DNA from: Candidatus Heimdallarchaeota archaeon
GTDB taxonomy: Archaea > Asgardarchaeota > Heimdallarchaeia > Hodarchaeales > Hodarchaeaceae
Reading direction: 5' to 3'
Length of the DNA stretch: 64,000 nucleotides
Assembly (NCBI GenBank): GCA_011364965.1
Contig: RDOB01000002.1
Span: 256,001 to 320,000, forward strand
The notes beneath the pieces are model-generated. The model was given only the letters and a program-made list of their open reading frames with translations, had not been told where the DNA came from and searched no databases. Below are positions 38,396 to 47,279 of this stretch, in pieces. Position 1 is the stretch's first letter. Each line of letters opens with the position of its first letter. The translations under genes and the position numbers were made by a program.

Positions 38396-40255
38396 ATGAA
38401 AATTACCAAAATCAAAAAAATAATAATATTTATTCTATTCATTATATCAATCTTCGGGATGACAATTTTTCCGAGTTCAGGTACTTCATCAGAGGTTCCG
38501 ATTAGTGTTACACGTCCACTAGGTACAATGCAGGCCCAAATTCATAATGCTTTTCTGTGGCTAATCAAAAATATGCAAAGTGCGAATTTTACACCCGATA
38601 ATGTATACTACAGTGTGTTTGATAATGCAGGGAGCTATCAATATCCTATTAAAGGGGCAAGAGAACAGAATATTTCGGTTAATCTTTTACCATTAAAGGT
38701 ACAACTTAACATTACCATTGAACGAATGCAAAACGATCTTTCTGCTGATCCTTCTAATTTAGCGTATTTAGAAAGCTTGGCACTTGAACTCCGTGCTCAT
38801 AATTATATTAATATTTATAATAAAGTTGATACGGATCTTCAAATAACAAGTAACCGAGATAAAAAAGTAGTAGCAATTTTCTATGATAATGATCGTAGCG
38901 TATTTGAAGTTTTAGAACAGATTAGAAACGAGGAAGACATTACTAATCAACCCTTTACTGGGGATGAAATCCTCACTAATGTGTTTATGGAGCTTCAAAA
39001 AGATGAAGTTCTTGGAACATATGAAGTTTGGAATGAATGGAGATATCAAGAAGATGGTTTAGAGGCATCCTTATTGAAAGATTTTATTGAAAAGCTCTCT
39101 ACTCATCGCTGGCTTGTTCGAGAGCTTGCGTTCCTATATGAACTCCGAGGAATCAACATTATGCGAATGCTACTTGGTCCAGATCATTTTCAATTCACTC
39201 CTGGTCCTGAGCCCCGAACTATCGAACGAGGCCGATTTTCAATTTCTCAGTTGAAAATTGATGAGCTCACTCTACAAAAAATTGGAAATAATTTAATAAT
39301 CAAAGATTATGAATATACTTACTTTGAACATCATTTCCTTGGAAGTTTAGTGTATAATGATACTAATATGAATGGTTACATGGATATCGGGGTCAGAAAT
39401 GCGACAGTAGGGGAATATAATATTGCTTATCCCTCGATTGGAGATGAAGCACTTTTCCGTTTTGACATGGAGGATATAGAGACACGTATCTACCAAAAAC
39501 CAGTCTCTGATGGGGATGTACTGGAATTTGGTTCCGAATTCACTAATGTTGAGGGATATCTTCGTCCTATGGAAAGAAATGCAGATTATTCCATGTTTGA
39601 TGTGTCCACTGAAGAATCCTATACTATTGACGAAGTTTCCACTCTGTTCCATTTCAGCGTGAATAATACTGACGGAAGCGCAGAGTTGAAGTTTGATTAT
39701 GTATTAGGTGAATGGAGTAATGTAGAGGGTCTTGAAGGTTTATCATTTAATCAATTAATGGCTTCTACGGTTGTTGACGGAAAAAGAGAACGAACTATTC
39801 AATGGCGAAATAGTACTGATTCTGAGTTGGATGATGAATTTGAAAACGCAACTCGAATTTCTAAGTTCCGCTTTGCTGACTCAGAAGAAATGTTTGGTGA
39901 AATTCGTCTTGATGACATCCCCTATTTATGGGATGATACTGAGGAGGTAAATGCAGTTGGTCAACTTATTCCTATGAATCTTATTGACATCGCTTTTGGT
40001 GTTGTTTCGAGCGAAGCTGACTTGATAAGAAATTTCAGAGCAGATACTCAAAGAAAAACGTTTATTTATTCAGTTTCCTATCCTAAATGGGATGGTAAAA
40101 GAATTGTGCATGATCCTACCTATGCTGTCATGGGTGGCATTGCAGCAGATGCAGAACAAACTGGAGGCGTTATTGCTGGTTTTGAATTTGCAACTTTTCT
40201 CTTAGCTATCCCTATTCTCGCAGTTGGAGAGATCTATCGTAGAAAACGGGTATAA
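38396..40255 (+). CDS. Large secreted acidic surface (glyco)protein with C-terminal sorting/anchor signal
   Basis: Signal peptide, many N-x-S/T sequons, YNDTNMNG loop, LKFDYVLGEW, IVHDPT, and a C-terminal AGFE-TM-RRKR (PGF-CTERM-like). Confidence 0.8.
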   Translation: MKITKIKKIIIFILFIISIFGMTIFPSSGTSSEVPISVTRPLGTMQAQIHNAFLWLIKNMQSANFTPDNVYYSVFDNAGSYQYPIKGAREQNISVNLLPLKVQLNITIERMQNDLSADPSNLAYLESLALELRAHNYINIYNKVDTDLQITSNRDKKVVAIFYDNDRSVFEVLEQIRNEEDITNQPFTGDEILTNVFMELQKDEVLGTYEVWNEWRYQEDGLEASLLKDFIEKLSTHRWLVRELAFLYELRGINIMRMLLGPDHFQFTPGPEPRTIERGRFSISQLKIDELTLQKIGNNLIIKDYEYTYFEHHFLGSLVYNDTNMNGYMDIGVRNATVGEYNIAYPSIGDEALFRFDMEDIETRIYQKPVSDGDVLEFGSEFTNVEGYLRPMERNADYSMFDVSTEESYTIDEVSTLFHFSVNNTDGSAELKFDYVLGEWSNVEGLEGLSFNQLMASTVVDGKRERTIQWRNSTDSELDDEFENATRISKFRFADSEEMFGEIRLDDIPYLWDDTEEVNAVGQLIPMNLIDIAFGVVSSEADLIRNFRADTQRKTFIYSVSYPKWDGKRIVHDPTYAVMGGIAADAEQTGGVIAGFEFATFLLAIPILAVGEIYRRKRV

Positions 40256-40300
40256 TCTTACAATAAGACGTACTCTTTTTCCCCTTTTCTTTTTTTTATA

Positions 40301-41755
40301 TTATCCTTTGATATTTCCAATCGGAACTAGTTGTGAGACTTTCCGAGATAAATCTGCCCCATGAATGGACTCAACAACATCATTGATATTTTTATATGCA
40401 AATCCCGCTTCTTCAGCGAGTCCAGCCATCGAAGCTGCCCTGACATATATCCCTTTGGAAGCCATTTGGTCTTTTAATATGTTTCCTCTGATTTTTTTCT
40501 TAGCTTTCGCTCGAGACATAGTACGTCCAGAACCATGAGCTGTAGATCCAAAAGTTTGATCCATTGCAGTCTGTGTTCCTGCTAATAGGTAACTTCCAGT
40601 TTCCATGCTTCCTCCTAAGATAACTGGTTGTCCAACTGCACTATATATATTCGGTATATCTTTGGAACTTGGTCCGAAGGATCTGGTTGCCCCTTTTCTA
40701 TGAACTAATACTTTTTGCTTTTTTCCTTCAATCATATAATCTTCTTGTTTCGCAATGTTATGTGCAACATCATAAACCAAACTCATTTCCATATCTTCTG
40801 CCGATTGATTGAAAACTTTTTCAAATCCCATCCTAACCTGATGCAAAATAACTTGTCGGTTTGAAAATCCCATATTTGCTGCACACGCCATTGCTTTAAG
40901 ATATTCCTGTCCATCCCTACTCTGGATTGGAGCTGCAGAGAGTTCTCTTTCATATATGGGAATTCCCCAATCAGATTCCATTTTGTCCAGAAATAGCTTT
41001 AAATAATCTGAAGCAATTTGATGCCCAAAACCACGACTTCCACAGTGAATCATAGCAACAACTTGATCCTCAGAGTGAATTCCCATGATTCTTGCAGTTT
41101 CTGAATCAAAGATTTGGCTAACGCGTTGCACCTCTAGATAGTGATTACCTGAACCAAGTGTTCCAAGTTGACTTATTCCACGTGACTTCGCTTTTTCACT
41201 CACCGCGTCAAAATCTGCTCCTGGGATTTTGCCCTGACTTTCTTGCCTGTTTAAGTCTTCTTCCCAACCATAACCCTTCTCAATACACCATTCAGATCCA
41301 TTTTCGGACACATCACGAAATTCCTTTGTTGATAATCTTACAAATCCTTTCTTTCCAACTCCAGTTGGGATTAAATTATAGAGCGTGTCCATTAATTCCT
41401 TGATTTTTGGTTTTACTTGATTAAAGGTTAAATTTGTCGTTACAAGTCTCATTCCACAATTAATGTCGAAACCAATACCTCCAGGACTCACAACTCCCTT
41501 CTCAAGATCAAATGCAGCGACTCCTCCAATGGGAAATCCATACCCCCAATGGGCATCTGGCATAGTCATTGCATATCCAACTATCCCTGGTAATTTACTA
41601 ACGTTAATTATTTGCTCAAATACCCCCTGATCTAAGGTATTGTATATTTTTGGATTCCCATATATTTTTACCGGGACTTGCATTTTCATTTGGTGTTGAA
41701 TGGGAATTTCATGAATGTATTGGTTCTTTTTTTCAGCTTTATCCCTAATTGACAA
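40301..41755 (-). CDS. rtcB: RNA-splicing ligase RtcB
   Basis: PDAHWGYGFPIG, DINCG, GSGNHYLE, HCGSRG, HNIA, HRKGAT, HGSGR. Confidence 0.97.
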   Translation of the reverse strand: MSIRDKAEKKNQYIHEIPIQHQMKMQVPVKIYGNPKIYNTLDQGVFEQIINVSKLPGIVGYAMTMPDAHWGYGFPIGGVAAFDLEKGVVSPGGIGFDINCGMRLVTTNLTFNQVKPKIKELMDTLYNLIPTGVGKKGFVRLSTKEFRDVSENGSEWCIEKGYGWEEDLNRQESQGKIPGADFDAVSEKAKSRGISQLGTLGSGNHYLEVQRVSQIFDSETARIMGIHSEDQVVAMIHCGSRGFGHQIASDYLKLFLDKMESDWGIPIYERELSAAPIQSRDGQEYLKAMACAANMGFSNRQVILHQVRMGFEKVFNQSAEDMEMSLVYDVAHNIAKQEDYMIEGKKQKVLVHRKGATRSFGPSSKDIPNIYSAVGQPVILGGSMETGSYLLAGTQTAMDQTFGSTAHGSGRTMSRAKAKKKIRGNILKDQMASKGIYVRAASMAGLAEEAGFAYKNINDVVESIHGADLSRKVSQLVPIGNIKG

Positions 41756-41774
41756 TTTTACTCACCATAGAACA

Positions 41775-42221
41775 TCATAAATCAAATGTGACTCTTGCTT
41801 TCCATCCATTTTCCATTTTTCTTACGAAAAGCTGGTAATATGTAATTGCTTTAACATCAGTTATTGTTTTAACTGAATCTGTAACTTCTTGACCTTTCAA
41901 TACAGCATTCAATACAAATTTAGAGTCTGAACTGCTCTTATTGATTGAGATTTCACATTCTTTGAACAATAAATATTCTGCATCCTTTAAGAATATCAAT
42001 TCTTCGAGAAAATTAAATAAAAGTCTTTCTAACGATAATTCAGATAACGATATTACTTTTTGAATTGATGAATTTAAGGAGCTCATCTCAACACTTGTTT
42101 CCATAAGCGCATAGAATCCGCTAAGAAAGATTTCTTCAAGCGTATCCCCTGTTAATTCAAAACAAGCGTCTGCAATTGCAATATCTTCTAGCAACAAGTA
42201 AGGAAATCTTTTCACCGCCAA
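41775..42221 (-). CDS. Archease
   Basis: AD near the N-terminus, LLFNFLEELIF, VKAITY, TFDL C-terminus; directly upstream of rtcB. Confidence 0.93.
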   Translation of the reverse strand: MAVKRFPYLLLEDIAIADACFELTGDTLEEIFLSGFYALMETSVEMSSLNSSIQKVISLSELSLERLLFNFLEELIFLKDAEYLLFKECEISINKSSSDSKFVLNAVLKGQEVTDSVKTITDVKAITYYQLFVRKMENGWKARVTFDL

Positions 42222-42366
42222 ATCAGTGTTGTCAAGTTCTGAGATCGTATATTAGCTTTACTAACGTTGGGTTTAAAGAATCTTGATATATTTTTATTTA
42301 CTAAAATAGGATCTTATCAAAATAAACACAAGAAGAAATTGACAGTGATTTGATTAATTTTTTTTT

Positions 42367-43077
42367 TCAAGTTTCATCCTCAATCATTGAATGAGAGATA
42401 TATGTAATAGGTTCTATGTCGGATTTTTTCACAATTAAGACATTCTTCAAATAATTCGAACCGTTAAATATGAAAAATAGTCCGATGAATAGGAGAGTTA
42501 TATTTAGAATAGCATAAAAAGCTAGAAAATAGTTTAATTTTTCATAGACGAGGTAATAGAAGGGGAAGGTGAAAAAGGTGAAATCAATGAAGTCATTAAA
42601 TAGTAACCATATAAATGAAATAGCAAAATTCCGAAATGATCTTTCTAGGAAGAAAATAGCAATAATGATGCCTTGTACAAATAATATTAAATGAAAATAG
42701 TCAAATGGATAGATGTTTGGTAGATTTATCCCAAAAATTGGAGGTGCGTGATAGTTTTGGGGAAATAATATAAAAATCATGGGAGCTGCAAGGGAGAATT
42801 TTAATAATCCCAAGGTTAGAATCCACATGAAATTTTGATGTGTTTTTATTCGGTTTCTATCAATGAGGAATGCAGCAAAGAGAACTGTATAAAGAGGACA
42901 ATCGGGGATAAAGAGCCATAAGAAAAATGAGATTCCATTTGTTTGAGGAAAATACGCTATAAACCCTAAAATTCCCCAGAATAAGTTAATAATGATGGCA
43001 ATGAATAGAACGATGGGATGAGTGAAAAATTTTGGAATTCCTTTTTTGAGAATTGCTGAAATTGATTTCGTATGCAT
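42367..43077 (-). CDS. DUF1405-like membrane protein
   Basis: LWLFIPDCP and W...NDFIDF motifs; multiple TM segments. Confidence 0.75.
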   Translation of the reverse strand: MHTKSISAILKKGIPKFFTHPIVLFIAIIINLFWGILGFIAYFPQTNGISFFLWLFIPDCPLYTVLFAAFLIDRNRIKTHQNFMWILTLGLLKFSLAAPMIFILFPQNYHAPPIFGINLPNIYPFDYFHLILFVQGIIIAIFFLERSFRNFAISFIWLLFNDFIDFTFFTFPFYYLVYEKLNYFLAFYAILNITLLFIGLFFIFNGSNYLKNVLIVKKSDIEPITYISHSMIEDET

Positions 43078-43234
43078 TTCAGTTCAGCCATGCCGTAGAA
43101 ATAAATGTATTGCTTCTGTTTAAATAATTTTCTTGGCATAAATCTGACTTAACACATATTTAATTACAATCTCATGATTCCATAAGTCATTTGAGTCAAA
43201 TTATGCACTATAAATCAATATGTCCTACAAATCT

Positions 43235-43891
43235 TTATTTCTCTGGGATTTTAACAGGACAGTTTACACCTTTAGCAAACTCTTTTGCCATTGATTCGTC
43301 TCCTACAACTCCCGATCCCCAATGCATAGGAATAGCAAGTTTAGGGGAAAGTACTTTAGCAGCTTCAATCGCCTCCTTAGCTGTCATAACATAGGTCCCA
43401 CTGACAGGGATTAATGCTACGTCTGTTTTAATTTCACTCATTTCTGGAATATGATCTGAATCTCCCGTATGATAGATTCGTGTACCCTCTAGTGTAATAA
43501 TTACCCCGATGTGCTTATCGCTTTTAGGGTGAAATGGTACTCCAGGTGATCTAAACTTATTAATATTATATGCTGGAACCATCTCAAATTTTATTTCATT
43601 GATGATAATTTCATCGCCAGGTTGCACAAGATTTACTTTTTTGCATTTTACTCTTTCAAGAACATCCTTGGCTAAAGGGATACCTATAATCTCAGTTTCT
43701 GATGATGTAAACTTTGATATATCTTCAAAGCTGCAATGATCTCCATGCTGATGAGTACTAATGATTACATCTACAGGAGTAAAGATTCCTTTCACTCTGA
43801 AAGGGTCCAAACATACTTTTTTGCCATTACTGGATATTAGAAAACCATCATGTCCCAACCACTGAATCTTTACATTTTGGAACTCAATCAG
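43235..43891 (-). CDS. Metallo-beta-lactamase-fold hydrolase (UPF0173-like)
   Basis: WLGHDGF, THQHGDH, YHTGDS, PMHWG. The frame extends past the TTG at 43858 to a CTG at 43891 behind an AGGTGG SD. Confidence 0.9.
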   Translation of the reverse strand: MIEFQNVKIQWLGHDGFLISSNGKKVCLDPFRVKGIFTPVDVIISTHQHGDHCSFEDISKFTSSETEIIGIPLAKDVLERVKCKKVNLVQPGDEIIINEIKFEMVPAYNINKFRSPGVPFHPKSDKHIGVIITLEGTRIYHTGDSDHIPEMSEIKTDVALIPVSGTYVMTAKEAIEAAKVLSPKLAIPMHWGSGVVGDESMAKEFAKGVNCPVKIPEK

Positions 43892-44043
43892 TTTTTTCCA
43901 CCTGAAAACCTATAGTAAAACATAGTTTAAGAAGCTTATTGCTATATTATTAATTGAACGAGGAATCAAAAAAGAAAATAAAGTCCATCAGAAATTAATA
44001 GAAAGGTTAGAACATACGTAAAAAGTGGTATATATTGAGTATT

Positions 44044-44832
44044 ATGATTTTTCGTGAAAATATATATAAAATCATTAATGTAATTGAGAAAAAATATTCT
44101 TCAGATCTATATTCTATAATATTATTCGGATCATTAACATTTCCACAGTCTAATTTAGGTTCAACTGATATAGACTTGGTAATTGTAATAAAAAATGAAT
44201 CAAGGGAAGTTTTCCAGGAAATCAAGCATTATTTGAGTTTATTAGATCAAACTCAATTTTCTCAACATCGAACTTTGAGTTTTAATAAAAGTTTAGAACG
44301 CGCTACCGGAATGTTTGTGAATTTCTTTGCGTGTAAATTATCTGATTTCCAAAATAGATGTTTTCATAAAGTCTTCGGATTGAATAGGTTTGTTAGCACT
44401 ATCTTAGCTCCTCAAACTTCCGTTTGGATATCTTTATGGAAACAACATCAGATCCTTTGGGGTGAAGATCCCTTTAAAACTTGGCTGGATATCCCAAAGT
44501 TCACAAAACTTGATTTATACAGATCATTCTTAATGAATTTTCTACTAGCTCTAGGATCCATAGTTTTGTATCCATTATCGCGATCTTTCGTGAAATACTC
44601 AATGGAAGCAATGAAGTGGAGCTTATTTACATGGCGAAATGTCCAAGATCTACCTATTATTCCGATTGATAAGTTGGTGTGGTATTATACAAAACAAAAA
44701 TTATTACCTCTGGAGATGTTAGCACTTCGATATTTTGTTGAATATCGAAAAACACAAGAATCAACTGTTCTTTTTCCTGCGTTGACGTTTTATTTTGTTA
44801 TATGTCTCCATTTATTTGTATATAGAATTTAG
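44044..44832 (+). CDS. Pol-beta superfamily nucleotidyltransferase with helical C-terminal domain
   Basis: IILFGS...STDIDLVIV motif. Confidence 0.8.
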   Translation: MIFRENIYKIINVIEKKYSSDLYSIILFGSLTFPQSNLGSTDIDLVIVIKNESREVFQEIKHYLSLLDQTQFSQHRTLSFNKSLERATGMFVNFFACKLSDFQNRCFHKVFGLNRFVSTILAPQTSVWISLWKQHQILWGEDPFKTWLDIPKFTKLDLYRSFLMNFLLALGSIVLYPLSRSFVKYSMEAMKWSLFTWRNVQDLPIIPIDKLVWYYTKQKLLPLEMLALRYFVEYRKTQESTVLFPALTFYFVICLHLFVYRI

Positions 44833-46154
44833 GGGGAATATATATCTGGAGTTCTGGGAAACATGCTTGCTTCTCGAACGTGTGATAGATTAGCTACCCA
44901 TCGAATAAGTCGTTCAAAACCTAAACCATATCCTGCATGGGGTGGCATACCATATTTGAACATACGAAGGTACCATTCAAAATCATCTGGATTAAAACCC
45001 TTACCCAAAATTCGTTCATTCAATGTATCATACCTAGCTACTCTCTGGCCACCGCTTGATAATTCTCCAAATCCTTCAGGAGCCATCAAGTCAAGTGAAC
45101 GAGTGACTTCTGGATTATCAGGATCTGTTGCATAGTACATTCCACGTAAATTCGTTGGAAAGTGTGTTATAAAGAATGGTTCATCAAAACTTTTGGATAG
45201 AACCGATTCCTCTGGCGCACCAAAATCCTCTTTTGGGTTTACTTCCAATTCCATGTCTAGTAGAATTTGCTTTGCTTCTACAAACTTAATTCGTTTGAAG
45301 GGTTTAGAAGGTATCTTTATAATTCGATTTAGTTTATTCAATTGCTCTTTTGCTTCTAAATTTACTTTTTTTAGAACAAATATAACTAAATCTTCCTGAA
45401 CCTGCATTATTTCTTGATCTGTTGCGAAGGCAATTTCATTTTCAATCTGCCAAAATTCAGTCATATGTTTTGGAGTATGTGATTTTTCAGCTCTCCAAGA
45501 AGGAATTATTCCGAAAACTTTTTCGTGACACGCAAGAGCTGCTTGTTTATAAAATTGACAGGATTGAGCAAGAACAGCTGGACGACCAAAATAATCTAAT
45601 TTGAATTGTTCCGCTCCTCCCTCCGTTGAAGCTGTTAGAATAAAAGGAGTAAAAATTTCAATAAAATTATTTTTTCGGAAAAATTCCCGTATAGCTCCAG
45701 CTATAACATTCTTAATTTCCATAATTCTCGATACTTCAGGATCGCGAATAGCTAATTCTCTATATCTAAAAGCAGTATCGATATCCATCTGGGTTTTTTT
45801 TCCTGTTAGATCGATGGGGATTTTCGGATCCGCAATTGCATGAATTTTGATAGAAATGGGAATAATTTCTGCGCCAAGTTTCGAGCGCGGGTCAGATTTG
45901 ACTAAACCCCGTATTGAGACAACTGATTCTAGGGTTATCTCTTTGGCACGATCCCATATTTCTGAGCTTACTTTCTTCTCATGCAATGTTACTTGAGCAA
46001 GACCATGATGATCTCTAAGTGTAAGAAAGATTAAACGTCCTTTATCTCGTTTTTGATGTATCCATCCTGCTATTATAACTTCTAATCCATTATTCGTGCC
46101 TGTAACATCTTTTGTAGTGCTAGTACGCCATTCAGGATTTACTGCATAAATCAT
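44829..46154 (-). CDS. aspS: Class IIb Asp/Asn-tRNA synthetase (probably Asp-activating)
   Basis: OB-fold GWIHQKRDKG.LIF, TEGGA, AQS.Q.YKQ, RAE, SSGGQR, PPHAGYGLGFER, FPRTP. Start at 46154/46160 behind AGGAG, not 46298. Confidence 0.85.
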   Translation of the reverse strand: MIYAVNPEWRTSTTKDVTGTNNGLEVIIAGWIHQKRDKGRLIFLTLRDHHGLAQVTLHEKKVSSEIWDRAKEITLESVVSIRGLVKSDPRSKLGAEIIPISIKIHAIADPKIPIDLTGKKTQMDIDTAFRYRELAIRDPEVSRIMEIKNVIAGAIREFFRKNNFIEIFTPFILTASTEGGAEQFKLDYFGRPAVLAQSCQFYKQAALACHEKVFGIIPSWRAEKSHTPKHMTEFWQIENEIAFATDQEIMQVQEDLVIFVLKKVNLEAKEQLNKLNRIIKIPSKPFKRIKFVEAKQILLDMELEVNPKEDFGAPEESVLSKSFDEPFFITHFPTNLRGMYYATDPDNPEVTRSLDLMAPEGFGELSSGGQRVARYDTLNERILGKGFNPDDFEWYLRMFKYGMPPHAGYGLGFERLIRWVANLSHVREASMFPRTPDIYSP

Positions 46155-46270
46155 GTCCAATACTCTCCTCATTTTTCCTAATTTCATAAAAGTGTTAAAA
46201 ATAGCATATGTTAAATAATTTAGGGTAGAAAGATAATAAAAACCCTTATACAACCTAGGGAAGGAATATA

Positions 46271-47242
46271 ATGCAATTAATCTTACACAAAAAACCAACA
46301 GATGAAGATATCAGTCCTAATCGAGAAATTGTGATCATCGGAAGTGGGCCTGCTGGTCTAACAGCAGCTATATATGCTGCACGTGCCCAATTACATCCCC
46401 TAGTGATTGCAGGATTGGAGCCTGGAGGTCAATTGATGACCACAACTGAAGTTGAAAACTTTCCAGGATTTCCTGAGGTTGTGCACGGCCCTGATTTGAT
46501 GTCTGAAATGCGAATTCAAGCTCAAAGACTTGGAACTGAATTCCTAGAACAGAATGTGATGGATGTTAACTTTGATCAGTACCCTTTTCTTGTATTAACT
46601 GATCAACGTCAGTTCAATGCGAAAGCTGTCATTATTGCAACAGGTGCAGAACCTAAAAGACTTGAATTAGAAAATGAGGCAAAATTAAGTGGAAGAGGGG
46701 TAAGTTATTGCGCTACTTGCGATGCTCCTTTCTTTAAGGATGTTGAAGCAGCTGTGATCGGAGCTGGAGACGCAGCATTTGAAGAAGCCCTGTTTTTAGT
46801 AAAATATGCTTCTAAGGTGAAGCTAATCTATCGGGGTTCAAAAGAAAAAATACGTGCAAATAAATCTCTTCAAAATAGAGCTTTGAAAGATCCTAAAATT
46901 GAATTTATCTACAATACTATCGTTACAGAGGTATTAGGTCAGGAAAGATTACTTGGTATCAAAGTATTGAATCTAGAGTCTCAAAAGGAATATGAAATTC
47001 CCTTAGGAGGTTTATTAGTTGCAATTGGCCATATTCCCCAAACTCAATTGTTTAAAGGGAAAATTGAGATGATTAATGGATATATTCTACATAAAAGGTA
47101 CACTATGACGAATATTCCTGGGATTTTTGCTGCTGGAGATGTAGTGGATTTTCGATATCGACAAGCAATAACTGCTGCAGGGCAAGGATGTCAAGCAGCA
47201 ATCGATGCTGAAAAATGGCTACAAGATCCTAAGTTATTCTGA
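46271..47242 (+). CDS. trxB: Thioredoxin reductase
   Basis: GSGPAG, GGQL.TTTEVENFPG, CATCD, FAAGDV, RQAITAA. Confidence 0.96.
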   Translation: MQLILHKKPTDEDISPNREIVIIGSGPAGLTAAIYAARAQLHPLVIAGLEPGGQLMTTTEVENFPGFPEVVHGPDLMSEMRIQAQRLGTEFLEQNVMDVNFDQYPFLVLTDQRQFNAKAVIIATGAEPKRLELENEAKLSGRGVSYCATCDAPFFKDVEAAVIGAGDAAFEEALFLVKYASKVKLIYRGSKEKIRANKSLQNRALKDPKIEFIYNTIVTEVLGQERLLGIKVLNLESQKEYEIPLGGLLVAIGHIPQTQLFKGKIEMINGYILHKRYTMTNIPGIFAAGDVVDFRYRQAITAAGQGCQAAIDAEKWLQDPKLF

Positions 47243-47279
47243 TTAAAGAAGTAAAAATAAAAAAAGGAAGGAGGAGGGT

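Noticed and set aside
40301-42221. Archease-rtcB pair as a novel system
   Set aside because: A well-established conserved pairing; no intein or unusual insertion seen.
46155-46298. 48-aa N-terminal extension on the tRNA synthetase
   Set aside because: It overlaps the divergent trxB start and promoter; the SD supports a start at 46154/46160.
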